From Okamejei kenojei (lineage: Eukaryota): a stretch of 64,000 bases of DNA. Shown piece by piece: positions 10,960 to 22,561 of this stretch. The stretch's first letter is position 1; every line of letters begins with the position of its first letter. The translations under genes and the position numbers were made by a program. The stretch covers positions 30,628,001 to 30,692,000 of the forward strand of contig CM069160.1 in assembly GCA_035221665.1 (NCBI GenBank). Direction: 5' to 3'. The notes beneath the pieces are model-generated. The model had not been told where the DNA came from. It searched no databases and saw nothing but the letters and a program-made list of their open reading frames with translations.

Positions 10960-11475
10960 GAGGATTGTCGGAAAGGGTCTCGAAGACACGTCGCTAAATC
11001 TCCTTCGCTCCTTAGATGCTGCTGCACCGCTGGAGTTTCTTCCAGCTTGTTTGTGTACTCCAGCTCCAAGTTTTAACGAAGGAAATGAGATGCTGGAGAA
11101 TCGAGGGTACACAAAAAGCTGGAGAAACTCAGCGGGTGCAGCAGCATCTAAGGAGCGAAGGAGATAGGCGACGTTTCGGGTCGAGACCCTTCTTCAGACT
11201 GCTCGTTTCGGGTCGAGACCCTTCTTCAGACTGGTCTGAAGAAGGGTCTCGACCCGAAACGTCGCCTATCTCCTTCGCTCCTTAGATGCTGCTGCACCCG
11301 CTGAGTTTCTCCAGCTTTTTGTGTACCCCAGCTACAGTAGTCCCACCTGCCTGCGCTTGGTCCATATCCCTCCAAACCTGTCCTGTCCAAGGGTCTCGAC
11401 CCGAAACGTCGCCTATCGCCTTCGCCTCCTAGATGCTGCTGCACCCGCTGAGTTTCTCCAGCTTTTTGTGTAACC
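10960..11475. mobile_element. Cluster of Penelope-derived short (pLTR-like) elements, including a near-perfect inverted pair at 11106-11328
   Basis: gggtacacaaaaagctggagaaactcagcggg...cttcttcagac followed by its reverse complement; same sequence terminates the Penelope elements at 39360-39470 and 57578-57690. Confidence 0.8.
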
Positions 11476-11679
11476 CCCTGTCCATGTACCTGTCTGTTTC
11501 TTAAACGTTGAGATATAGTCCCAGCCTCAACTACCTCCCCAACTGTCACAATGAATGGCGGTGCAGGCTCGAAGGGCCAAATGGCCTCCTCCTGCGCCTA
11601 TTTTCTGTGTTTCACCCAAGTTCCATATCTATACACTGACTGAGGACTCCAGCACTCTGTCTTTTCCTGGCAGGTGACA

Positions 11680-12321
11680 GGAGGTGGGGGGTGAGGATGG
11701 GGGTGGGGATGGAGGTGGGGGGGGTGGGGATGGAGTGTGGGGGAGGGGCTGAGGATGGGGTGAGGATTGGGGGTGGGTATGGAGGATGGGATGTGGGGGT
11801 GAGGATGGGGGTGGGGCTGGGAGTGAGGGTGAGGATGAGGATGGGTGTGGGGCTGGGGTGGGGGGCCTTTATGAGGATAGGGGTGGGGGTGGGGCTGGGA
11901 GTGACGGTGGGGATGGGTGTGGGGGCTGGGGTAGGTGGGGATGAGGGATAGAGGGTGGGGCTGGAGTGACGGTGGGGCTGGGTGTGGGCTGGGGGTGAGG
12001 GTGGGGGTGAGAGGTGGGGGTGGGGGTGAGGATGCGTGTGGGGCTGGGGGTGAGGATGGGTGTGGGGCTGGCAATGAGGGTGGGGGTGAGGATGAGTGTG
12101 GGGCTGGGGGTGGGGGTGAGGATAGGGGTGGGGGTGAGGATGGGGGTGGGGATGGGTGAGGATAGGGGATGGGGGTGAGGAAGGTGTGGGGATGGGTATG
12201 GGGGTGAGGATAGGAGATGGGGGGTGAGGATGGGAGTTGAGGGTGAGGATAGGGGATGGGTGGGGGATGGGGGTGAGGATGGGTGTTGGGATGGGGGTGA
12301 GGGTGGGGGTGGGGGGGGGGA
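11680..12321 (+). repeat. G-rich low-complexity minisatellite (GGGGTGAGGAT/GGGGCT units)
   Basis: Directly visible G-tract repeats. Confidence 0.95.
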
Positions 12322-12679
12322 GTTAATTAATAAATGGTAAGGAGAAAGGCCAGAAATGAAAAAGACATAAAGTGTGAGTTAAGATGTTAAGGGAAGAAGG
12401 CATATTGTGAAGCCAGCGAGAGTCAAGTCAAGTTAAGTCAAGTCACCATTATTTGTCACATACGCATACAAGATGTACAGCGAAAAAATACCGCACGTCA
12501 ATACGTCATCACGGCGAAAAATTTTCCGTGAACTGATACGTCAGTCAATTATCAGAGCTCACAGTCCTGATGGCCTGTGGGAAGAAACTCGGTCTCATCC
12601 TCTCTGTTTTCACAGCGTGAGAGCGGAGCGCTTGCCTGACCGTAGCAGCAGCAACAGTCCGTTGCTGCCTGACCCACTA

Positions 12680-13544
12680 GTTACTCAGCGGGTCAGGCTG
12701 CATCTCTGGAGAAAAGGAATCGGTGAGGTTTCAGGTCGGAATCCTTCCTCACACTGCAACCATTTTTCCCCAGTGCGGACCCGAAACATCAGCTATTCCT
12801 TTTCTCCAAGTCTGTGGAATTCTCTGCCGTCTGTGGAACTCCCTGCCTCAGAGGGCGGTGGAGGCAGGTTCTCTGGATGCTTTCAAGAGAGAGCTGGATA
12901 GGGCTCTTAAAGATAGCGGTCAGGGGATATGAGGAGAAGGCAGGAACGGGGTACTGATTGGGGATGATCAGCCATTATCACAATGAATGGCGGTGCTGGC
13001 TCGAAGGGCCGAGTGACCTACTCCTGCACCTCTTGTCTATTGTCCAGAGATGCTGCCTGACACACTGAGATATCCCAGCACATGATGCCTGGCACTTGGT
13101 GTCTATCTATGAAAGGCAAAGATTAAGTGGATGTGGAAAGGATGTGTCCACTGGTGGGAGAGTCTTGGACCAGAGACCATAGCCTCAGATTTAAAGGGCA
13201 CTCCTTTAGAAAGGATGCGAGCAGGGCCGTCTTAAAGCATTGGCACGCTGGGCAGTTGCCCCGGGCCCCACGAATATAGGGGCCGCACGCTAATCTATGT
13301 ATTGTAGAATGTTATTGTAGAACAAGAAACCGGAGAAGAACATCGCAAGTGCATGATGCAGTATTTGAAGGCATGTAGTAGCCATTTAGCTTAACTCAGT
13401 ATGTTAGAACTATAAGTTCTGAAGAAGGGTTTCAGTCCAAAACGTTGCCTATTTCCTTCGCTCCATAGATGCTGCCTCACCGCTGAGTTTCTCCAGCATT
13501 TTTGTTTCCGATTTTATAGCATTTGCAGTTCCTTCTTAAGCATG
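12680..13544 (-). repeat. Inverted segmental duplication, copy 1 (reverse complement of 25379-26324)
   Basis: Colinear reverse-complement match across several unrelated TE junctions, e.g. catgatgcctggcacttggtgtctatctatgaaaggcaaag vs ctttgcctttcatagatagacaccaagtgccaggcatcatg. Confidence 0.95.
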
Positions 13545-13865
13545 ATCACATAAAAAACATCATAATTTATATATTTTAAAAAAAAACCCACAATACTTAA
13601 GTTAAAAATACAGAGTAAAAAATGATCAATGTCGTACAACGAGACAACGATACCAGTGTCTCCACAACTGGGATTCGTAGCGTGTAGTGCTAACCCTTAT
13701 GTTTGTCAAGGCCACAATAAGCACATTTTTAGAGTCATTTATCCTGCAAATGAATTTATACATGTGGTGTCTTAGGATAGCTTCTAAAGTACTGACTCCT
13801 GCAGCAACAAACATATTACTGGCACTACACAACTTTGGTTGCCTTAGCAGTGTTCTCATGGCTGC
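13545..13865 (-). mobile_element. RTE-X-like LINE 3' fragment
   Basis: [45 protein letters not shown]...SQLWRHWYRCL resembles the RTE-X ORF C-terminus. Confidence 0.6.
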
Positions 13866-14828
13866 AATAATCTTGATGAGGGAATTGAATGCAACTTCTC
13901 CAAGTTTGCGGATGACACGAAGCTGGGGGGCAGTGTTAGCTGTGAGGAGGATGCTAGGAGACTGCAAGGTGACTTAGATAGGGTGGGCAAATCCATGGCA
14001 GATGCAGTATAATGTGGATAAATGTGAGGTTATCCACGTTGGTGGCAAAAACAGGAAAGTAGACTATTATCTGAATGGTGGCCGATTAGGAAAAGGGGAG
14101 ATGCAACGAGACCTGGGTGTCATGGTACACCAGTCATTGACAGTAGGCATGCAGGTGCAGCAGGCTGTGAAGAAAGTGAATGGTATGTTAGCTTTCATAG
14201 CAAAAGGATTTGAGTATAGGGGCAGGGAGGTCCTACTGCAGTTGTACAGGGTCTTGGTGAGGCCACACCTGGAGTATTGCGTACAGTTTTGGTCTCCTAA
14301 TCTGAGGAAAGACATTCTTGCCATAGAGGGAGTACAGAGAAGGTTCACCAGACTGATTCCTGGGATGCCAGGACTTTCATATGAAGAAAGACTGGATAGA
14401 CTCGGCTTGTACTCGCTAGAATTTAGAAGATTGAGGGGGGAGCTTATAGAAACTTACAAACATTTTAAGGGGTTGGACAGGCTGGATACAGGAAGATTAT
14501 TCCCGATGTTGGGGAAGTCGAGAACAAAGGGTCACAGTCTAAGGATAAGGGGGAAGTCTTTTAGGACCGAGATGAGAAAAACATTTTTCACACAGACAGT
14601 GGTGAGTCTGTGGAATTCTCTGCCACAGTAGGTAGTTGAGGCCATTTAATTGGATATAGTTAAGAGGGAGTTAGATGTGGCCCTTGTGGCTAAAGGGATC
14701 AGGAGGTATGGAGAGAAGGCAGGTACAGGATACTGAGTTGGACGATCAGCCATGATCATATTGAATGGTGGTACAGGCTCGAAGGGCCGAATGGCCTACT
14801 CCTGCACCTATTTTCTATGTTTCTATGT
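13866..14828 (+). mobile_element. CR1/HER1 LINE RT C-terminal half, largely intact
   Basis: KFADDTKL; [14 protein letters not shown]; LYRVLVRPHLEYCVQFWSP; WNSLP; (ttctatg)n tail. Confidence 0.95.
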
Positions 14829-15361
14829 GCATTTGACAAATAGACTTGACTTGTCTTGACCGCCACTGGACCATCCCCATCCCCTCCGCAGTGCTATCCC
14901 CCCCACCCACCCCAGTGCTATCTCCCCCCCCCCCCCCCATCGGTCAGGGGGCGGCCAGAGATGTCGGGAGTCAGACGGGAGCCGTATCCCCAGGCCCACA
15001 GGCAACGGGGAGAAGCAGCGCTAAATCCAGCTCAACTCTGCCTGTCTCACCGGGTTAACCTACAGCCCTGCTTGGACTGACGGGAACGGAAGGCCCAGCC
15101 TTACAGCCCATGGCTGCCGAGAGTTCTTATCGCTAGTGACCTTTGACAAATCCCATGATTCCTTGTGTTTTTCGGAATACCCGACTCGCTTATTGGAGGA
15201 ACAGCACCTCATATTTCATATGGGTAGCTTACAATGTTGAATTCCCCAAGGTTATGTAACTTCTCCTGTACCCCCCTCTCCCGTTTTCCCCCTCCCTCCT
15301 CCCTTGTCACTTAACCCATTCCACACTTGACCACATTGCATCCTGCATTGTCTCATTGTTT

Positions 15362-15466
15362 GTAAGGTAGACTAAAGTGCTGGAGAAACTCTGCGGGTGC
15401 AGCAGCATCTCTGGCGAGAAGGAAACAGGCAACGTGTCGGGCCAAAACCCTTCTTCAGACTGATGT

Positions 15467-15501
<35 letters not shown>

Positions 15502-16125
15502 GGGGGAGGAGGGTGGGAAGAAGAAAGGAAGAGGAGGAGCCAGAGGGCTGAGGGAGATCTGAGAAGGGGAGGAGACAGCAAGGGCTACCGGAACTTGGAG
15601 GTCAATGTTTATGCCCTCAGGGTGCAGACTGCCCAAGCGGAATATGAGGCGCTGCTCCTCCAATTTCCGGTGGTGCTCACTCTGGCCATGGAGGAGGCCC
15701 AGGACAGAAAGGTCAGATTCGGAATGGGAGGGGGAGTTGAAGTGCTGAGCCACCGGGAGGTATTCGGCGAAACGATCGCCGAGCCTACGCTTAGCCTCAC
15801 CGATTTTGATCAGCTGACACCTAGAGCAGCGGATGCAATAGATGAGATTGGAGGAAATGCAGGTGAACCTCTGTCGCACCTGGAACGGCTGCTTGGGTCT
15901 TTGAATGGAGTGGAGGGGGGAGGTAAAGCGACAAGTGTAGCATCTCTTGCGGTTGCAAGGGAAAGTGCCTGGGGAGGGGGTGGTGCGGGAGGAAAGGGAA
16001 TAATTGACGAGGGAGCGGTCTTTGCGGAAAGCAGAGGGGGGAGATGGGAAGATGTGGCGAGTGGTGGGGTCACGTTGGAGGTGGCGATAATGACGGAGGA
16101 CTATTTGTTGTATGTGACGGGTCTG
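15362..16125 (-). mobile_element. Penelope-like element 3' part (GIY-YIG endonuclease and pLTR)
   Basis: PCNRKRCYTC..FTCISSNLIYCIRCSRC..IGEAKRRLGDRFAE..VAQHFN..RKLEEQRLIFRLGSLHPEGIN. Confidence 0.9.
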
Positions 16126-16344
16126 TAACTTGTTTACACCTTGGCCACAGCTGACAATGGCCTGTGTGGGAAGGAACCGCAGATGCTGGTTTAAACCGAA
16201 GATAGACACAAAATGCTGGAGTAAATGCTGATGCTGCAGTAACTCAGAGGGTCAGGCAGCATCTCTGGAGAGAAGGAATGGGTGACGTTTCAGGTCGAGA
16301 CCCTCCTTCAGACACTTCAGAACCAGTCTGAAGAAGGGTCACCT

Positions 16345-17090
16345 GCCTCACCCGCTGAGTTGCTCCAGCACTCTGTGAAACGTCACCCATCCATGTTCTC
16401 CACAGATGCTGCCTGACCCACTGAGTTACTCCAGCACTCTGTGAAACGTCACCTATCCATGTTCTCCACAGATGCTGCCTGACCCACCGAGTTACTCCAG
16501 CACTCTGTGAAACGTCACCTATCCATGTTCTCCACAGATGCAAACTTACAAAATTCTTAAGAGGTTGGATAGGCTAGATGCAGGAAGATTATTCCTGATG
16601 TTGGGGGAGTCCAGAACAAGGGGTCACAGTCTAAGGATAAGGGGGAATTCCTTTAGGACCGAGATGAGGAAAACATTCTTTACACAGAGAGTGGTGAGTC
16701 TCTGGAATTCTCTGCCACAGAAGGTCATTGAGGCCAGTTCATTGGCTATATTCAAGAGGGAGTTGGATGTGGCTCTTGTGGCAAAAGGGATCAGGGGGTA
16801 TGGAGAGAAGGCAGGTACAGGATACTGGGTTGGATGATCCGCCATGATTGTATTGAATGGCGGTGCAGGCTAGAAGGGCCGAATGGCTTACCCCCTGCAC
16901 TTATTTTTATATGTTTCTATGTATCTATGCTGCCTGACCCACTGAGTTACTCCAGCACTCTGTGAAATGTCACCTATCCATGTTCTCCACAGATGCTGCC
17001 TGACCCACCGAGTTACTCCAGCACTCTGTGAAACGTCACCTATCCATGTTCTCCACAGAAGCTGCCTGTCCCGCTGAGTCACTCCAGCAT
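16345..17090 (+). repeat. 66-bp tandem repeat derived from the Penelope pLTR, split by a CR1 insertion (~16540-16926)
   Basis: Unit agatgctgcctgacccactgagttactccagcactctgtgaaacgtcacctatccatgttctccac recurs at 16404, 16470 and 16536 and resumes at ~16927. Confidence 0.85.
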
Positions 17091-17365
17091 TTTTTCTCTA
17101 CCTACACTAACAATGGCCTATTCCCTTCATCATCTTTACTTTTTTGCATATCTTTCATCCATTTGTTCTTTATATCTCTCTCGATATCGATTTCCCTGTC
17201 CCGAGTTTGAAGAAGGGCCTCTTCCTATCCTCCAGAGATGCTGTTCTGACCCGCTGAGTTACTCCAGCTGTTTGTGTCTATCTTCCAACAACAGATATGT
17301 AAACATATTACTCTGGAGACAATATTATCTCGACAAATCGACCTCTAACTATTTTCCTTACAGTG

Positions 17366-17423
17366 ATGGATGGAAGTCACATCAGTATTTTATTCCTACT
17401 CTGTGTTCATCCAGCGTTATCAG
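17366..17423 (+). CDS. Butyrophilin-like gene, signal-peptide exon
   Basis: Acceptor AG at 17362-17363, ATG at 17366, MDGSHISILFLLCVHPALS-G, phase-1 donor GTAAG at 17424 compatible with the IgV exon. Confidence 0.8.
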
Positions 17424-17574
17424 GTAAGATCTTTCTCGTGCCTTAATCTTTAATTGTATTTTTAAATGAAGCATATTAAATATGTGTCTCTGGAGCAGAT
17501 TAAAACACTTGGTGCCAAAAGACTTTTATGTGGCTGTGCAGTAAAATCATATTGGATAAATGAAAGGGTTCAGA

Positions 17575-19220
17575 AATGATTTACGAGGATCTTGCCAGGA
17601 CTAGAGGGTGTGAGCTACAGGGAGAGGTTGAGTAGGCTGGGTCTCTATTCCATGGAGCGCAGGAGGATGAGGGGAGATCTTATAGAGGTGTACAAAATCA
17701 TGAGAGGAATAGATCGGGTAGTGTAACCAGAGTAGGGTAATCGAGGACCTAGGTTCACAGTGAAAGGGAAAACATTTGATAGGAAACAGAGGGGTAACTT
17801 TTTCACACAGTGGGTGGTGGGTGTATGAACAAGATGCCAGAGGAGGTAGTTGAGGCTGGGACTATCCCATTGTTTAAGAAACAGTTGAACAGGTACATGG
17901 ATAGGACAGGTTTGGAGGGTTATGGACCAAGCGCAGGCAGGTGGGACTAGTGTAGCTGGGACATTGTTGGCCGGTGTGGGCGAGTTGGGACGAAGGACCT
18001 GTTTCCACACTGTATCACTCCATGACTTTTAGGCTTGTATTCACTGGAGTTTAGAAGGATGAGGGGAATCTTAGAGAAACATATAACCATATAACAATTA
18101 CGGCACGGAAACAGGCCCTCTCGGCCCTTCCAGTCCGTGCCGACCATTTGTTTTCCCCTAGTCCCATCTACCTGCACTCAGACCATACCCCTCCATTCCC
18201 TTCCTGTCCATGTACCTATCCACTTTACTTTTAAATGTTAAAATCGATCCTGCCTCCACCACTTCTGCTGGAAGCTCATTCCACACAGCCACCACCCTCT
18301 GAGTAAAGATGTTCCCCCTCACGTTACCCCTAAACTTCTGTCCCTTAATTCTCATGTCCTGCCCTCTTGTTTGAATCTTCCCTACCCTCAATGGGAAAAG
18401 CTTATCCACGTCAACTCTGTCTATCCCTTTCATCATTTTAAAGACCTCAATCAAGTTCCCCCTTAACCTTCTGCGCTTCAAAGAATAAAGACCTAACTTG
18501 TTCAACCTTTCTCTGTAACATAGTTACTGGAACCCAGGCAACATTCTAGTAAATCTCCTCTGTACTCTCTCTATTTTGATGAATCTCTCTATTTTGTTGA
18601 CGAAACATATTAAATTATAAAAGGACGGGACAAGCTAGATGCAGGAAAAATGTTCCCAATGTTGGGCAACTCCAGAACCAGGGGCCACAGTTAGAATAAA
18701 GAGGAGGCTATTTAAGACTGAGGTGAGAAAAACCGTTTTCACCCAGAGAGTTGTGAATTTGTGGAATTCCCTGCCACCGAGGGCAGTGGAGGCCAAATCA
18801 CTGGATGGATTTCAGAGGGAGTTAGATGGAACTCTAGGGGCTAGTGGAGTCAAGGGATATGGTTTGAAGGCGGGCATGGGTTATTGATTGGGGACAATCA
18901 ATGTTCACGATGTTGAGGGAGTCCAGAACCAGGGGCCACAGTTTGAAAATAAGGGGCAATCCATTTAGAACGGAGATGAGGAAACAATTTTTCATCCAGA
19001 GAGTTGTGAGTGTGGATTCTCTGCCTCAGAGGGCGGTGGAGGCCGGTTCTCTGGATACTTTCAAGAGAGAGCTAGATAGGGCTCTTAAAGATAGCGGAGT
19101 CAGGGAATATGGGTAGAAGGCAGGAACCGGGTACTGATTGGGGATGATCAGCCATGATCACAGTGAATGGCGGTGCTGGCTCGAAGGGCCGAATGGCCAA
19201 CTCTTGCACATAATGTCTAT
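17575..19220. mobile_element. Stack of CR1 3' fragments, including a young minus-strand copy (~18085-18601) flanked by the duplication GAAACATAT
   Basis: CR1 RT/3' motifs; gaaacatat at 18076-18084 and 18602-18610. Confidence 0.85.
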
Positions 19221-19221
19221 T

Positions 19222-20514
19222 GTCAAGAGAGTTTTATTGTCATGTGTCCCAGATTGAACAATGAAATTCTTACTTGCTGCAGCACAACAGAATATGTAAA
19301 CACAGTACAAACGAGGGAAAACAAAAGTTCAGTGTGTACACATGCACACATACTCACAAAACATTATAGTCCAATAATAATAATAATAGTCTGTTGTAGT
19401 TCAGAGCTTATTTGTTGTCGTGTTCAATAGCCTGATGGCTGTAGGGAAGAACCTGGGCGTTACATTTTTCAGGCTCCTGTACCTTCTTCCCGATGGCAGT
19501 GGTGAAATGAATGTGTGGCCAGGGTCTTGTGGGTCTCTGATGATGTTGGCTGCCTTTTTGAGGCAGCGACTCTGATAGATCCCTTCGACAATGGGGAGGT
19601 CAGAGCCGGTGATGGGCTGGGCAGTGGTCACAACGTTTTGTGGCCTTTTCCCCCTCCTGGCGAAGTTGTTCTCAGCAATTTCACGCGGTCTTGGATGGAT
19701 CTCAAGAGTCAAGAGAGTTTTATTGTCATGTGTCCCAGAATGGACAATGAAATTCTTGCTTGCTGCAGCACAACAGAATATGTAAACATAATACAGAACA
19801 GGAGATAAAAGTTCAGTATGTCTATAGACCATAGACCATATAAATACACAATAAATAGACAGATAAAGTGCAATAGTAATAATAGACTGTTATTGTTCAG
19901 AGTTTGTTTGATGTTATGTTTAATAGCCTGATGGCTGTGCAGAAGAAGCTGTTCCTGAACCTGGATGTTCCAGATTTCAAGCTCCTGTACCTTCTTCCCG
20001 ATGGCAACGGAGAGATATTTCCGAAGATCTCTCCTGGTCCCAGAACACGGTTGCAACCATAAAGAAAGCACATCAGCGCCTCTACTTCCTGAGAAGATTA
20101 CAGAGAGTCGGTATGACCAGGAGGATTCTCTTGAACATCCACAGGTGCACAGTAGAGAGCTTGCTGACCGGTTGCATCGTGGCTTGGTCCGGCAACTTGT
20201 GCGTCCAGGAGCAGAAAAGGCTGCAGAAAGTTGTAAACACTGCCCAGTCCATCACCGGCTCTGGCCTCCCTACCATCGAGGGGATTTATCGTAGCCGCTG
20301 CCTCAAAAAGGCTGGCAGCATCATCAAGGACCCACGCCATCCTGGCTACACACTCGTCTCCCCGCTGCCTTCAGGCGGAAGGTACAGCAACCTGAAATCT
20401 GCAACATCCAGGTTCAGGAACAGCTACTTCCCCACAGCCATCAGGCTATTAAACTCAACTAAAACAAACTCTGAACTATAACAGCCTATTGCACTTTATC
20501 TGTTTATTGATATG

Positions 20515-20547
<33 letters not shown>

Positions 20548-20680
20548 TCTATGGTACATGGACACACTGAATAGTTCTGTATTATGCTTACAATATTCTG
20601 TTGTGCTGCAGCAAGCAAGAATTTCATTGTCCTATCTGGGACTCATGACAATAAACTCTCTTGACTTGATTTGACTTGAG
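19222..20680. mobile_element. Three Rex1/Babar-type LINE 3' fragments (two on minus, one on plus)
   Basis: RCTVESLLTGCIVAWSGN..RLQKVVNTAQSITG..RCLKKA..IIKDP.HP..PLPSG.RY..FRNSYFPTAIRLLN; (cttga)n tails. Confidence 0.85.
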
Positions 20681-20764
20681 ATGAGTGTGTTCACAAACCA
20701 AGCTGTGATGCATCCAGATAAAATACCTCTGTCGTGATGTGTGAATTTTGTTCGATTTCACCAG

Positions 20765-21112
20765 GGAAGTTCCGGATTTTTGGTCCAAAGATCGACCCGG
20801 TGGTCTCGGTGGGTAAAGATGCTGTGCTGGAGTGCCAGACGGAACCAAAAACCGCCCTGAATGACTTGGAGGTCCGATGGTTCAAAGACGACTTTTCGTC
20901 GCCAGTGCATCTGTACACCAATGGACATGACCTGCTGACCGCTCAGGACAGTGCTTTTCATGGCAGGACAGAGCTCTTTAACAAAGAGTTTTCCAGCGGA
21001 AATGCCTCACTTAAATTGAAGAACACAAATGCCTTCGATGATGGGGTGTACACCTGTTTCATCGATTTCAAACAGGACTACGAGGAAGTGAAGATCCGGC
21101 TGTATGTGGGAG
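20765..21112 (+). CDS. Butyrophilin-like gene, IgV exon (348 nt)
   Basis: AG/GT boundaries in phase 1-1; VGKDAVLEC..LEVRWFK..VHLY..Q..F.GRTELF..GNASLKL..DDGVYTCF is the B7/BTN IgV signature. Confidence 0.95.
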
Positions 21113-21164
21113 GTCAGACCATCTGATTACGATATTTCAAACTGCTTTTACAATCACCATCATA

Positions 21165-22515
21165 CTTTAGAAGGATGAGAGGGGATCTTATGGGAAAGGG
21201 GGAAGTACAACGGGATCTGGTGGTCCTTGATCGTCAGTCAATGAAAGTAAGCATGCAAGTACAGCAGGCAGTGAAGAAAGTGAATGGCATGTTGGCCTTT
21301 ATAACAAGAAGAGTTGAGTATAGGAGCAAAGAGGTCCTTCTGCAGTTGTACAGAGCCCTAGTGAGTCCACACCTGGAGTATTGTGTGCAGTTTTGGTCCC
21401 CTAATTTGAGGAAGGACATTCTTGCTATTGAGGGAGTGTGGCGGAGGTTAATTCCCGGGATGGCGGGACTTTCATATGCTGAGAGAATGGAGCGGCTGGG
21501 CTTTTATACTCTGGATTTTAGAAGGGGATCTTATTGAAACATAAGATTATTAAGGGTTTGGACATGCTAGAGGCAGGAAACATGTTCCTGGTGTTGGAGG
21601 AGACCAGAACTAGCGGCCACAGTTTAAGAATAAGGGGTAAGGCATTGAGAACGGAGATGAGGAAACACTTTTTCACACAGAGTTGTGAGTCTGTGGAATT
21701 CTCTGCCTCAGAGGGCAGTGCAGGCCAGTTCACTAGATACTTTCAAGAGAGAGCTAGATAGGGCTCTTAAAGATAGTGGAGTCAGGGGATATGGGGAGAA
21801 GGCAGGAACGGGGTACTGATTGTGAATGGTAGACAAAATTGCTGGAGAAACTCAGCGGGTGCGGCAGCTACAGAGAAAGGTTGAACAAGTTAGGTCTTTA
21901 TTCTTTGGAGCGCAGAAGGTTAAGGGGGGACTTGATTGAGGTCTTTAAAATGATGAAAGGGATAGACAGAGTTGACGTGGATACGTTTTTCCCATTGAGG
22001 GTAGGGAAGATTCAAACAAGAGGGCATGACATGAGAATTAAGGGACAGAATTTTCGGGGTAACGTGAGGGGGAACTTCTTTACTCGGAGGGTGGTGGCTG
22101 TGTGGAATGAGCTTCCAGCAGAAGTGGTGGAGGCAGGATCGATTTTAACATTTAAAAGTAAAGTGGATAGGTATATGGATGGGAAGGGAATGGAGGGGTA
22201 TGGTCTGAGTGCAGGTAGATGGGACTAGGGGAGAACAAATGGTCGGCACGGACTGGAAGGGCCGAGAGGGCCTGTTTCCGTGCTGTAATGGTTATATGGT
22301 TATCTATGGAGTGAAGGAATTGATTTCCTTCGCTCCAGAGAGGATGCCGCACCCGCTGAGTTTCTCCAGCAATTTTGTCTACCTTCGATTCTCCAGCATC
22401 TGCAGTTCCTTCTTGAACATACTGATTGTGGATGATCGGTCATGATCACAGTTAATGGCGTTGCTGGCTCGAAGGGCCGGATGGCCTACTCCTGCGCCTA
22501 TTGTCCATTGTCTAT
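21165..22515 (+). mobile_element. Nested CR1 fragments and a Penelope-derived short element
   Basis: LYRALVSPHLEYCVQFWSP; young CR1 copy at ~21868-22300 inside a pLTR-like element. Confidence 0.85.
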
Positions 22516-22561
22516 TGATCATGCATGCAATCCTGTTTTGATGTTTACACTTGCTTTGCAG

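Noticed and set aside
14002-14631. 209-aa ORF as a host gene (also many 60-140 aa ORFs with WNSLP or GHSLRIRG)
   Set aside because: These are CR1 reverse-transcriptase 3' fragments repeated throughout the window.
16345-17090. CRISPR-like repeat array
   Set aside because: Units are contiguous with no unique spacers, derive from the Penelope pLTR, and lie in vertebrate DNA with no cas genes.
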